DNA of 64,000 bases from Candidatus Poribacteria bacterium (GTDB lineage Bacteria; Poribacteria; WGA-4E; PCPOR2b). Under the pieces are notes generated by a model. It was given only the letters and a program-made list of their open reading frames with translations, was not told the DNA's origin and did not search any database. The DNA lies in NCBI GenBank assembly GCA_965218095.1, contig OZ244587.1:3264001-3328000 (forward strand), given 5' to 3'. Shown one piece after another: positions 35,721 to 46,523 of this stretch; position 1 is the first letter of the stretch, and each line of letters begins with the position of its first letter. Position numbers and translations under genes: made by a program.

Positions 35721-37394
35721 TTAAAGTTGTTTGGACAACCTTTCGGTGAGTCGCATCAGAGCCGGTGAGCGATCCAATTTGTCCAATTGCACATTGATGA
35801 TGGTAAAACTCTCCGTATGCCCCAACGCTTCCTTGAGTGCGGCATCCAGCTCACCTTCGGTTTGAACGACGAAGCCCTTGCCTGTGCCTAGCACCGCTGA
35901 CAGGTGGCTGTAACGCCACTCCCCGATGTCGTTGAACGCTCCTTCGTGCAGATGCCTTTCCGTGCTGTAGCCATCGTTATTCAACACGATGACAATGGGA
36001 TTGAGCCCGTAACGGACGCTGGTGGAGAGTTCCATCCCGGTCATCTGAAACGCGCCATCCCCGACGATGACCAGCGGTCTTCGATCAGAATGACCGAGTT
36101 GCGCGCCGATGGATGCCGGCACGGCGAACCCCATTGAGGCGTAATACGCCGGACTCAAAAAGTCGGTGCGCTGGTGCATTCTAAGATCAATCGCACCAAA
36201 AAGGCTATCGCCGATGTCTGCAATGACCATCATCTCGTCGGTAATGAACGCATTCAATCGCTCGAACATCCGAGACACTGTGATCGGCGTATCCGGATGA
36301 ACAGCAACCGACTCAGTGAACGGCTCGAGCCAATCTAGCACCGGCGGGCAGCGTTTACGAATCGGGGCATTGAGGAGGGAATCTAGGAAATCGCTGAAAG
36401 TGACATCTTCATAAGTGTGATACTTGATGGCAATCTTTTCTGATGTGGCGTAGAGATAGCGTCGCTGGTCGAGATTGGCAGTGTAAATGCCGAGGTTCAT
36501 ATCTGTCATAAACGCGCCGAGAATAATCGCGCAGTCGGAACTTTCAACACATTGACGCACCTCCTCACGGCCCATTGCGCCTTCATAAATCCCCAGGTAA
36601 AGAGGGTGTTCTTCTTGAATGACCGATTTGCCCAGCAGCGTGGCTGCTACGGGAATGTTCGTTGATTCGATCAACTTCAGCAACTTATCTTGAAATCCAA
36701 ATCGGTGGAGTTCGACACCCGCCAGGATGACGGGACTCTCACTTTCGTTGATGAACTCCACCGTCTCCTCAACGCTAGCACGAAGCACGTCCGGATCGCT
36801 CAACAGGTCACGAACAGTTGGGCGATGGTGCGGTTGTCCCTGCACATCAACCATATCGCGGGGGAGTTCGATATACCCCGGCCTTTTATAGCGATAGGCC
36901 GCATCAAACACCCGATCGATTTCACTGAAGGCAGTAATCGGATCGTCGAGCAGTGTGCTCGCTGCCGTGATTTGTTCGTAAATCCGCTTCTGTGTGAGGA
37001 AATCCCGCACCTTATGATGCAACAGTGGGTCTTTTTCCCGCTCTTTCATTCCCGGACCACCACTAATCACGAGCACGGGTGATTTCTCGGCATAAGCCCC
37101 CGCTATGGAATTGGTCATCGATAAGCCACCGACACAGTAGGTGATGCAAGCTGCCCCCATCCCGTTGACACGGGCGTAGGCGTCCGCTGCATATCCCGCG
37201 GCGTCCTCCCGTGTCATGCCAATATGTTGAATAGGGCTCTGCTCGATTAGATGATAAAACCGCAGCACGTAATCCCCCGGAATACCGAAAATATGTTTGA
37301 TGTTATACGTCTGCAACTTTTCCAGCAGATATTCGCCAATCGTCGCAGATGTTTGAATCTGTTTTGTTGTCGCAACAGGTTGGTCTTTCATCAT
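35721..37394 (-). CDS. TPP-dependent alpha-keto acid (indolepyruvate/pyruvate) decarboxylase
   Basis: IFGIPGDY, AGYAADAYAR, LLHH and GDGAFQM...NN motifs. Confidence 0.9.
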   Translation of the reverse strand: MMKDQPVATTKQIQTSATIGEYLLEKLQTYNIKHIFGIPGDYVLRFYHLIEQSPIQHIGMTREDAAGYAADAYARVNGMGAACITYCVGGLSMTNSIAGAYAEKSPVLVISGGPGMKEREKDPLLHHKVRDFLTQKRIYEQITAASTLLDDPITAFSEIDRVFDAAYRYKRPGYIELPRDMVDVQGQPHHRPTVRDLLSDPDVLRASVEETVEFINESESPVILAGVELHRFGFQDKLLKLIESTNIPVAATLLGKSVIQEEHPLYLGIYEGAMGREEVRQCVESSDCAIILGAFMTDMNLGIYTANLDQRRYLYATSEKIAIKYHTYEDVTFSDFLDSLLNAPIRKRCPPVLDWLEPFTESVAVHPDTPITVSRMFERLNAFITDEMMVIADIGDSLFGAIDLRMHQRTDFLSPAYYASMGFAVPASIGAQLGHSDRRPLVIVGDGAFQMTGMELSTSVRYGLNPIVIVLNNDGYSTERHLHEGAFNDIGEWRYSHLSAVLGTGKGFVVQTEGELDAALKEALGHTESFTIINVQLDKLDRSPALMRLTERLSKQL

Positions 37395-37482
37395 TGATAC
37401 TTGCTTTCGGTCCGGTGTCCTCGAACCCTTTCACAGATTGGATTTCTCATTTCTGGCATTCGTTTAACACCGCTTCCGCGAA

Positions 37483-38250
37483 TCATGTCAGAGGGCTGTC
37501 AGAGGAAGTGGGATGGGAAAGTGAAGAGGTACCTTCGATTGGGCCATCTTCCGGTTCTCGGCGCTGATTTTCTTGGTGGCGGATGGCGGTAGCTATAATT
37601 CCTGCCGCTTGTTCAGTGTGCATTGAACCGGTATTTAGCACAAGGTCATAGTGCATTGCATCCGTCCAATCTGCATCATAGTACTGTTTGATGTAGTGAG
37701 CCCGTTGTTTGTAGATTGTTTCAATGCCTTTCGAGGCTTTCGGATGCGTGATGCCTTCCTCGTCCATAATCTGTTTGATGCGGTCTTCAATGGGCGCAAT
37801 AAAACGGACATGAAGTGTATTCGGCTTCCCGGCAAGAATCATCTGGCTGCCACGTCCGACGATGACGACATTATCACGCTTCCACAGTTTTTCGATGACA
37901 TGCTGGAAAAACGCGAGAACTTCTTCCCTCGTTGGAATCGGCTCATCCGCAATCGATAGCTGTCTCTCAACGGGATAGTATTCCATGAGAAACTCTGATG
38001 GGTAATAATAAGACGGTAACTCAAGGTATCTCGAAAAGTCCGGCAGAAAGAGTTTTTTCAGGAAACCACGAAGTCCGTGCTCATCCCTCTCGTCGTACCG
38101 ACTGATCTGTTCTTCCGTCATGTTGGCGGCGCGTGCTACCTCCGCGAGGATATCTTTATCAAAATAGCTATACCCTAAGTCTTGGGCAACCCGTTGGGCG
38201 ATTTGCTCGCCACGGCTTCCGTATTCTCTGGAAATTGTGATGACTGCCAT
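37483..38250 (-). CDS. Cytidylate kinase-like family protein
   Basis: VITISREYGSRG, VVIVGRGS and YDLVLNT motifs. AGGAGG RBS before ATG 38250. Confidence 0.85.
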   Translation of the reverse strand: MAVITISREYGSRGEQIAQRVAQDLGYSYFDKDILAEVARAANMTEEQISRYDERDEHGLRGFLKKLFLPDFSRYLELPSYYYPSEFLMEYYPVERQLSIADEPIPTREEVLAFFQHVIEKLWKRDNVVIVGRGSQMILAGKPNTLHVRFIAPIEDRIKQIMDEEGITHPKASKGIETIYKQRAHYIKQYYDADWTDAMHYDLVLNTGSMHTEQAAGIIATAIRHQENQRREPEDGPIEGTSSLSHPTSSDSPLT

Positions 38251-38639
38251 AAGCGTTCTCCTCCTTGTGTCTGAGAGGGTATGAGACAAGCACCCTCCCA
38301 CGAAAATGAGCGAATGGCACATAATAACCTTTGGTGCTAGTTTTGGAATGTGGATTCAATAACGACGGGCATAAAGTCCTGGACTACGGAGAATCGTGTC
38401 GTGGCCGAGTCCCTTGTGGGCGTTGAGTTTGGTACGAACAAGCACCATTAGTTAATACCAGTTCTAAATTAAAATCCGACATAACTTTGTAGGGACCATC
38501 CCCCCGATAAAACCGGAATTTCGCTTTGGTCAACCTTTGGTCTCCCATCATTGAGCGGGTGTTTGCATCCCACACAGCGGGGCACAAGTGCCTGCCCCTG
38601 CAGTTCATGCAGCCTCTTAAAATCGAACCGGTATAAGAA

Positions 38640-39011
38640 GTCATCGCTCTCTCTCATTCGCCCGGTGATTTTAACAATTCGAGCGCAGCATCCTCGTCCG
38701 TGATGAGGACATCAACGAAATGCTTCGTTTAGAGCAGCCCGAATACAGGTAACCTTCTCTTTTCCCCCAGGACTGCTGAATTATCTTTAACCATCACAGC
38801 GTCACGCAAACTAAACCGATTCATAAGGGTAATCTCCATGTTTCGGATATGACTCACCTTGATGCGAACCTCTACTAAACCATAGCGCCGTGCTGCTCGG
38901 ATGAAGCGGGAAACCTTGCTTGTAGATAAGCCGAGTTCTGCTGCAATTTTTGCCTGAGGCTGGTTATCTTCATAAAAAATTTTGCACAACGAATCATCAG
39001 TTTGAATCCAT
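38640..39011 (-). pseudogene. SorC/DeoR-type sugar-binding regulator remnant
   Basis: FYEDNQPQAKIAAELGLSTSKVSRFIRAARRYGLVEV HTH, followed out of frame by the C-terminal motif VDVLITDEDAA. The middle is deleted. Confidence 0.65.
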
Positions 39012-39154
39012 CTTCTTGATTATACTAAATCACCTTGTCACGAGGGTTGAAATAAATTGCATCAATTGATATGACAGATAATTACCTGATAATGCTATCA
39101 CGATTTGAAATGTATGTCAAATCATTTGCAAATTTTTCCGCCCAACATTTTTGC

Positions 39155-39182
39155 TTGACACACCGCCGGAAAACCGTATAAT
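39155..39182 (+). promoter_or_regulatory. sigma70 promoter
   Basis: TTGACA-16 bp-TATAAT. A divergent TTGACA-17-TAGCAT lies on the minus strand at 39092-39120. Confidence 0.55.
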
Positions 39183-39249
39183 TGAAACCGTAGTCAGCTA
39201 TAAGTCGGTAAAATTAACGATTTCACACCAAAAGAGTGAGGAGAAACGT

Positions 39250-39573
39250 CGAAGGCGATAAGATGGCCGCCCGCTGGACAGGTTGCGGCACACACAAAGG
39301 GGAGCTATACCGCCACAGATCATAAGTGACATTGCTGCTACTTTGCATCTGGTATCATGAATCATGTATTGGTGCAAGATGCCAGATTCAGGATGCAAAA
39401 GCGTCATTTATCACCGTTTGCAGTATAATGGGCAGCTCCCCGACCAACAAACCTATGGCGGGGACAGGATCACTATCGACCGCATTGCTGGCGGGAAAAG
39501 CGTGGAAAGTTGGGTCGGATATGACCTGATGGGTATAATGCAACAGCTCGGCGTGATTCCCGCGCCAGGGTAG
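39250..39573 (+). pseudogene. Ester cyclase (SnoaL-like) remnant interrupted by a MITE
   Basis: EGDKMAARWTGCGTHKGEL, then the insert, then MGSSPTNKP, a frameshift, and ITIDRIAGGKSVESWVGYDLMGIMQQLGVIP. Confidence 0.7.
39308..39425. mobile_element. 118-bp palindromic MITE with TA target duplication
   Basis: TA[TACCGC...GCAGTA]TA. Removing it restores GAG CTA ATG GGC (ELMG). Internal inverted heptamer repeats. Confidence 0.7.
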
Positions 39574-39934
39574 GTTGAAGAGTAATCCCCATTCTCGGGC
39601 TATCCATCAGGCATACTGAATCCGGAGTGCAGGGCAAGTTCTCCACTCCAACTCTTGGTTCTCATTCATTGCTTCGTTGAGTCCTGCTCAAACGGTCAAG
39701 CTGAGCTCCTCCATAATCTGATAGACTTTCGATTCTGTGGTTGACTTCTTCTGAATGTACAGATAAACAGGACTTAGTGGATTCTTTTTCAGCGTAAAAG
39801 TAATGTCATCCATGGTTGCTTCCCCTTACCCGATTCTCAAAAGGGAGTGACTTCGGATAATATCATTATATCACCTGTCTCAACAGGCATCAACGCAAAA
39901 GAGCGTTGACTAGAAATTTCCAAAATGAGTTGAC

Positions 39935-41665
39935 ATGAAAATAGATCCAATCACCCTCGCCGTGATTCGTGGCAGCTTGGAGCAGATCGCCGACGAGATG
40001 GACGCCACCTTGGAGCGGATGGCGTTTTCACCGGTGATCTCCGATGGGTTTGACCGAGCCAGCGGCATCTACGACAAAACCAATGGTGAGGTTATCATGC
40101 AGGGCCCGCGCGGCCTCCCGAGTTTCATTTACGTCATGGAGTTCACCACCCGTACCGTGATTGAGCAGATTGAGGACATAGCGCCGGGAGACATCTACAT
40201 CATGAACGACCCCTATTTGGGTGGCACTCACCTGATGGATGTGAAGATGGTCAAGCCCGTTTTCTACAAGGGAAAACTGACTGCTTTTCTCGCCAACAGT
40301 GGTCACTGGCCCGACATCGGGGGACGGGTCCCCGGTGGATTCTCAAGCAAAGCCACAGAGATCTATCAAGAAGGACTTCGCCTCCCTCCGATACGGATTT
40401 TGGATCGGGGGAAGTTGAACAAAGAAGTCCTCGACATCATCCTGCACAACGTGCGAGTGCCGGATGAACGGCAGGGAGACATCATCGCCCAGGTGACCGC
40501 CCTCAACCTCGGTGCCGATCGCTTGACCCGGGTCCTTGACCGCTACGGGGAGGAGACGGTTTTTGCCGCTATCGCAGAACTGAAAGCCCGTTCGGAACAG
40601 TTGATACGGTGCCATATTGAGACCATTCCGGACGGAAAGTATGTGTTTGAAGACCATATTGACAGCGATGGGGTGGAATGGAAGCCGCTCACCATCCATA
40701 TAGAGATGGAAGTGAAAGGCAGCGATGTACACATTGATTTCTCCAGGAGCAGCCCGCCCTGTAAGGGACCGCTCAACAGCGTCCTCAGCACCACGATCGC
40801 TGGAGTCTACATCGCCTTTAAGCACGTCTTCCCTGATGTCCCCATCAATGCGGGCTGTTTTGCGCCCTTCTCTTTCAATCTTCCTGCGACAACCTTTATC
40901 AACGCCCAGCATCCACGTCCCGTATCCGGGTGCGCCTCCGAGGTTTGTCAACGTATCATTGATGTGGTGTTGGGTGCGCTCAGTCAGGCTATTCCGGAAA
41001 AGAGCTACGCTGCCCCGATGGGGACGGTGACAAATCTTTCCGTGGGTGGAGAGGATCCGGAGAAGGGATATTACGTCTTTTACTCTTTTATCGGCGGTGG
41101 GTACGGGGGAAATTATCTCACCGACGGGCTGATCAACGGCAATCCGACCATTGCCCTTGCCCGAACTCAAGCCCTGGAGATCTTTGAGTCCCGCTACCCT
41201 GTCCTTTTTACCCGTTACACCATCCGGGAGGGGTCGGGCGGGGCTGGGATGCGTCGCGGCGGTCTTGGTGTGATTTTTGAGTTTCAGATTCGGCGAGGTG
41301 AGGCGAGCGCTTCGATGCTTGGGGAGCGGGGCCGTTTTGCACCCTTCGGCATTCTGGGAGGAAAATCCGCCAAACCGGCAAAACACACTTTCATTCTCCG
41401 GGGAAAGGACTACTGTCCGCCTCATATCTCCAAAGACGAAGGCGTCCCCATGCAGGCGGGGGATGTGCTGCGGCTGGAGACGCCGGGCGGCGGGGGATAT
41501 GGCGCTCCCTTGGATCGCCCGCCGGAGCTGGTCTCACAGGATGTCAAACGTGGATACTACGACCGGGGAACCGCAGAACGAGAATACGGCGTCCTGATTA
41601 AGGGAGATGACTGGGAAGTCGATGCCGAAGGAACCGCGCAACTGCGGGCATCTCTTCGCGCTTAA
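39935..41665 (+). CDS. Hydantoinase B/oxoprolinase family protein
   Basis: DPITLAVI, NDPYLGGTHLMD, HWPDIGG, IYQEGLRLPP and ETPGGGGYG motifs. Confidence 0.92.
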   Translation: MKIDPITLAVIRGSLEQIADEMDATLERMAFSPVISDGFDRASGIYDKTNGEVIMQGPRGLPSFIYVMEFTTRTVIEQIEDIAPGDIYIMNDPYLGGTHLMDVKMVKPVFYKGKLTAFLANSGHWPDIGGRVPGGFSSKATEIYQEGLRLPPIRILDRGKLNKEVLDIILHNVRVPDERQGDIIAQVTALNLGADRLTRVLDRYGEETVFAAIAELKARSEQLIRCHIETIPDGKYVFEDHIDSDGVEWKPLTIHIEMEVKGSDVHIDFSRSSPPCKGPLNSVLSTTIAGVYIAFKHVFPDVPINAGCFAPFSFNLPATTFINAQHPRPVSGCASEVCQRIIDVVLGALSQAIPEKSYAAPMGTVTNLSVGGEDPEKGYYVFYSFIGGGYGGNYLTDGLINGNPTIALARTQALEIFESRYPVLFTRYTIREGSGGAGMRRGGLGVIFEFQIRRGEASASMLGERGRFAPFGILGGKSAKPAKHTFILRGKDYCPPHISKDEGVPMQAGDVLRLETPGGGGYGAPLDRPPELVSQDVKRGYYDRGTAEREYGVLIKGDDWEVDAEGTAQLRASLRA

Positions 41666-41960
41666 TTTTGCTGAGAGGTGTGAACAATGTCAGTTGCTGT
41701 TAAACTGCCGATTAGTGACCGATATTGCTTTAACCCAAGGCAGGACATGTGGGGTGAACCCACAAGAACAGGCATCCCGCATGAATATATTGACTATTTT
41801 TCTTTTGCCTTTATAGCTTACCACTGTTATCATAATAGTGATTACAACATAGACAAGGACAATTGACCGTACGTAGTGTTGATTGGCTGGATTGTATAAT
41901 TTGGTGCTGATGGCTTGACCACTTCAATGGCAAATCGGTATTAGATAAACGAGGAACGCG

Positions 41961-42896
41961 ATGAAAAATTTCAAAACAATCTCTTTGATGAACCTTATCT
42001 TCCTGATACTGCCAATCTTCACGGGTTGCAATATGACCAAACTCACCGTCAACCAAACCGTTAAGGTTTTCGCCGAGGCGTCCCAAACTTTCGACAAGGA
42101 GACAGATCTTGTGTTGGCAGATGCGGGTATCATGTCAAACCTCAAGATATTTGAGGGGCTGCTAGAGATCGCGCCGGATAACGAGGAACTACTAACCCTG
42201 ACGGCGAGGTCTTTCGCGCTGTATGCCTTCGCGTTTGTTGAGGATAAGATGGAAAGCGCGGCAGCAGCAGGGGACTTCGAGACAGAAGCTGAAATGCGAG
42301 CGCGCGCAATCGATTATTACGGGCGAGGCAAACGATACGGACTAAAGCTCCTATCGAAGGCGAATAAGGTGTTTCCCCAAGTGCTTAATGAAGATACGGA
42401 AGCGCTGGAATCCGCGTTAAAGAAACTGAAGAAAAAACACCTCCCCGGGCTCTTCTGGGCAGCTTACACTTGGGGAGGCTTGATCAACTTACAGCAAGAT
42501 GATCCGATGCAGGTCGTCGATCTCGCGAAAGTCGAATTAATGATGAAGCGCGTAATTGAGATGGATGAGGCATTCTTTTTGGGTAGTGCGCACATGTTTT
42601 ATGGGGTTTACTATGGGAGCCGCTCACCACAGCTTGGCGGGGAACCTGAGAAGGCAAAGATGCATCTGCAGAAGGTGGATGCAATCAATGGTGACAAATT
42701 TCTCCTCAGCAAGCTGTTCCTCGCCCTTCACTATGCTTATCCGACTCAAGATCGCGATCTCTACCAAAGGACATTGCAGGGAATTATTGACGCCCCCATT
42801 GACATTTTTCCCGAACAGCGGATCGTGACTGCTGTTGCTAAAGCCCGTGCCAAACGTTGGCTTGCTCAAATCGATAATCTTTTCGATGAAGAATAA
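41961..42896 (+). CDS. TRAP transporter TatT component family lipoprotein
   Basis: Lipobox IFTG-C, EGLLEIAPDNEELL, LFWAAYTWGG and LGGEPEKAKMH. No other TRAP genes are adjacent. Confidence 0.8.
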   Translation: MKNFKTISLMNLIFLILPIFTGCNMTKLTVNQTVKVFAEASQTFDKETDLVLADAGIMSNLKIFEGLLEIAPDNEELLTLTARSFALYAFAFVEDKMESAAAAGDFETEAEMRARAIDYYGRGKRYGLKLLSKANKVFPQVLNEDTEALESALKKLKKKHLPGLFWAAYTWGGLINLQQDDPMQVVDLAKVELMMKRVIEMDEAFFLGSAHMFYGVYYGSRSPQLGGEPEKAKMHLQKVDAINGDKFLLSKLFLALHYAYPTQDRDLYQRTLQGIIDAPIDIFPEQRIVTAVAKARAKRWLAQIDNLFDEE

Positions 42897-42940
42897 TCCG
42901 CAGATTTTTGAGTGAAGGGACTTACTTTTTCTCAAGCGCT

Positions 42941-43280
42941 ATGCCAAATCAGGACAGATATTGAACATATTTCGATGAGGCGTGGAAGAAAGTCATAGAA
43001 CGCTTTTTCCCGGATCTCTTACGCTTCTTTATGCCTCAACTTTATGCGGATGTCGATTTCTCCAAACCGATTGTCTTCCTCGATAAGGAGATAGAGCGAC
43101 TTGGCATGCAGAGCGTTAAAGGAGCGAGGTTTGTTGATAAGCTGGTAAAAGCCCACCTCACGAATGGGAACGAGCAATGGATTCTGATTCATATTGAAGT
43201 GTAAAGCGATCCGGACAGAGAATTCTCAATCCGGATGTTTCGCTACTTCTACCGAATTTTCGACCGGCACGGCAAGCCAA
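42941..43280 (+). pseudogene. Rpn/PD-(D/E)XK nuclease-like (putative transposase) fragment
   Basis: FDEAWKKVIERFF...FLDKE...VDKLVK...WILIHIEV*...RMFRYFYRIFDR, with stops at 42962 and 43202. Confidence 0.7.
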
Positions 43281-43329
43281 CGAAAAACTCCTTCTTGCCT
43301 ATCCACAAAGCGGATCACGAGAGGAGGCA

Positions 43330-44100
43330 ATGGATCAGCTTCAAAAGATGCTCAATCGAGAGGCATCGCCGAATGGCTACAACACCGCTGGAATGATGTA
43401 CTATCTAAAGTCAGACGATCGACAAAGCCATTGACGTTCCAAAGAGCGCTTCAGATCAACCCTCGTTATCAGCCCCAAAAATAATCTGCACCAACTCTAT
43501 CGTGAGCAGGGGATCGCTGCATTAGCAGATGAAACTTATCCGAAAGCAATTTCGTTTTTTTTACAGGCGCTCAAGTTCAATCCGACAGATTCTACACTGT
43601 ATAATCTGACAGGCAAGGTGTATGCAAGAAGCGGGGACCACCAACTCCACATTCGGCGTGGGAATGATTTGCTAAATCGGAAGAAATATACGTCCGCGCT
43701 GAAGGCGTTGCCGGCTTTTGAGGCCGCCCTCGCGGATGACCTACAGGACAAAGTGGCTTACCAAAATCTCCTGAGTATTGAGTCACGATTTGACGCACAG
43801 CTTAATCGCGCCGATGATTCCTAGACGGTGAAAGATAACCTCGCGCTGATGCGAAACAGCCTCGTGCTTTGCCTCATTGGTCGCGGTGAACACCTCAACA
43901 CGAAAGCCAAATACCGCTCTGCATTAGATCTCGACCCAGAAGAACCGTCGGTTAAAGTATCGCTAATCAACACTGCCATTTGTCTTGCGCAAGCGTTCCA
44001 GAAAAAAAATGGCCCAAAAATATGAAGGAGGTAATCCGGTGGATTCAGGAGCAAGCCCCCGACAATTCAGTAGCCAAAAAGTTGCTTGAGGAAGTGCCGT
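43330..44100 (+). pseudogene. Fragmented TPR protein
   Basis: TPR-like pieces in several frames (FQRALQINPRY; YPKAISFFLQALKFNP; YRSALDLDP). Confidence 0.5.
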
Positions 44101-44150
44101 AATTCTCCTGAGTAACTCATCAGATCTTGTCTTTGGTCCACCGTAATGAT

Positions 44151-46376
44151 ATGCTCAAAAAAGCATCGTTCACTCTATTTCTTCTACTGTCTATTGTTGT
44201 CAGTACTTGTATAATTTCACAGATGCCTGCGGATGCCGCGTTCACAGCGGCACTTGCGCTTGTCGATCAGGGAAACTACGTTCAGGCAGCCCAGCGTTTA
44301 GAATCTTTGCTCCAAACGAAGACTGGAAAGGCGCATCCAGAGAAACAGGAAATCCATCACGTCCTCGCCTACTGTTATGAGAAGCAGAAAAAATGGGAGG
44401 AAGCAATTGAACATTATAAAGAAGCAGTTTCGTCCTCCTATAACCTGGCAGATTATGTCATTTACCGCTTGGCAAGATCGTATGGACACATGAAAGATTA
44501 TCCAAACGCCGTGATCTGGTATCAGCATTTGGTCGATGCACATCCGCAGAGTTTTCATCTCGCTAGAGCAAAGTATGAGATTGCCAAAGCCCATCAGCAG
44601 CAAGGTAATTACGCCAAGGCACTGCAAGACTTTGCGGCGCTCATTGCCCAGCCACAAAATGGTTATGTCAGGCAGGCAACCTATGAGGCCGCAAAGGCTT
44701 ATGAGGGAATGAGTAACTGGAAGGAAGCCCAACTCACCTACCAACGGTTAATCAATGCAAACGATGCTGATAAGATTGCGAAGAACGCGCTTAAGGGCAT
44801 CCAAAGACTCACCAAAGAACATACAGAACTACAAATCACTCGCAGTCAACACATGACGCATGGCATGGTGCTTTATAATGACGGCAAGCTGAAAGATGCT
44901 CGCGCAAAATTTCGTAAAGCCGTCGCAGGCTATAAAGACAAACTGACAGGACGTGCGATCTACTATATTGGCCGTTCATACTACCGCCAGCGGAAATATG
45001 ACCTAGCAGTCAAGGAATACAACAAAATCGTCTCTCTTTACCCGGCGAGTGGTTATCTCACACGCGCGCTTTACCAAACGACACTTTGCTATCGTCGTAA
45101 GGGACAACCTGACCTTGCTCAGAAACATCTGAAGGTTTTTATCAAAACCTACGATTGGAGCGCATTAGCGGATAATGCAATGTATGATCTCGGTTGGGTG
45201 CAAGAGAACCAGAAGCAGTATGATGAAGCAATTGCTTCCTACCGTCGCTTGATGCGCGAATACCGCCGAAACGACCTATTGCCTCAAGCTTACTGGCGGA
45301 TCGGTTGGATTCAGTTTAAGAATAAGCGATATGCGGAGAGCATTGAAACCTTCGGTCTCTTGATGAAACTTTTTCCGAGGGATAGCCTTGCCATGGCGGC
45401 GCACTTCTGGATGGCAAAAAGTCATGAACGCCAGAATCAGTGGGAAGTTGCGCAAAACATATATGGTGAAATTGTGGAAGCCAATTACTGGTACTACAGC
45501 AGCCGGGCAAAGGAACAGCTCAAGCGTCGCACCTCAAAAAAGCAGGCAGGCACGACACCAGTGGCTCTGAATCACCCCCGCGCCCGCGTCATTTCTGACA
45601 GTCCGATCTGGAAAGACATTGGATCAAAGAAAACACCCCGTGTGGAAAAATTGATGCGTCTCAAAATCTTTGAGGATGCGCTTACTGAACTCAAGGGGAC
45701 CGTCAAACACGATCGATCAAACCTTCGAGATGATTATTACAACCTCGTCGTCTGCTACCAGAAACTCAAAAAATTTCAGCAGGCTTGCCAGTATGCGGAT
45801 AGGCTGTCACAAATCCAATCCTTGCGCGATGAAAACCAGGCGATTCCAGTAAAACTCTACCAGCTCCTGTACCCTGTTTACTTTACGGATCTCGTAGGCA
45901 AGCATTCAAAGAAGTATGAGATTGACCCACTGTTTGTGGCTTCGATGATTCGTGAGGAAAGCCGCTACAATGCAGAGATCATTTCCAGCGCGGGTGCAGT
46001 GGGCTTGATGCAGATTATGCCGGCAACAGGACGTGATCTTGCGCGTCGTCTCAAAATTCGTCGATTTCACCGGGGCATGCTCTTTAATCCAGACATCAAC
46101 ATCCGGATGGGAACGTGGTACATGAAGGATCTGATGAACCGGTTTGAAAACAACCACGCGCTCGTCGCAGGAGCGTACAATGGCGGTCCCGGCCGCATGC
46201 AGCGATGGTTAGATGCAAAGAAAATCTCTGATCTGGATGAGTTCATCGAAGATATTGGGCTGACCCAAACGCGCCGTCACATCAAAAAAGTCCTCGATAG
46301 CTATGCCATCTATCAGGAACTTTACCCAAAACCGAAGTCATCCGCCGCAGAAAAATCACAGCAAACTGGTAGTTGA
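44151..46376 (+). CDS. TPR-containing soluble lytic transglycosylase (Slt-like)
   Basis: Signal peptide and many TPRs. IREESRY, SSAGAVGLMQIMP and GAYNGGPG motifs. Confidence 0.92.
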   Translation: MLKKASFTLFLLLSIVVSTCIISQMPADAAFTAALALVDQGNYVQAAQRLESLLQTKTGKAHPEKQEIHHVLAYCYEKQKKWEEAIEHYKEAVSSSYNLADYVIYRLARSYGHMKDYPNAVIWYQHLVDAHPQSFHLARAKYEIAKAHQQQGNYAKALQDFAALIAQPQNGYVRQATYEAAKAYEGMSNWKEAQLTYQRLINANDADKIAKNALKGIQRLTKEHTELQITRSQHMTHGMVLYNDGKLKDARAKFRKAVAGYKDKLTGRAIYYIGRSYYRQRKYDLAVKEYNKIVSLYPASGYLTRALYQTTLCYRRKGQPDLAQKHLKVFIKTYDWSALADNAMYDLGWVQENQKQYDEAIASYRRLMREYRRNDLLPQAYWRIGWIQFKNKRYAESIETFGLLMKLFPRDSLAMAAHFWMAKSHERQNQWEVAQNIYGEIVEANYWYYSSRAKEQLKRRTSKKQAGTTPVALNHPRARVISDSPIWKDIGSKKTPRVEKLMRLKIFEDALTELKGTVKHDRSNLRDDYYNLVVCYQKLKKFQQACQYADRLSQIQSLRDENQAIPVKLYQLLYPVYFTDLVGKHSKKYEIDPLFVASMIREESRYNAEIISSAGAVGLMQIMPATGRDLARRLKIRRFHRGMLFNPDINIRMGTWYMKDLMNRFENNHALVAGAYNGGPGRMQRWLDAKKISDLDEFIEDIGLTQTRRHIKKVLDSYAIYQELYPKPKSSAAEKSQQTGS

Positions 46377-46523
46377 ATCCCATCCATGATAGAAGTTGCG
46401 CAGTTGATTACCATGAGTCTACGATTATCTGCATCTTGCATCTCGTATCTTGATCAGGATTCATGATGCAGGTATCATACAGTATGGAGTTCGTAACCGA
46501 CACAAATAGAAAAGGATAATTCC

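Noticed and set aside
40343-41425. Long antisense ORFs (also 61253-62320, 4352-4939, 22440-23048, 53318-53923, 57607-58179)
   Set aside because: These are shadows of well-supported genes on the opposite strand and show no motifs.
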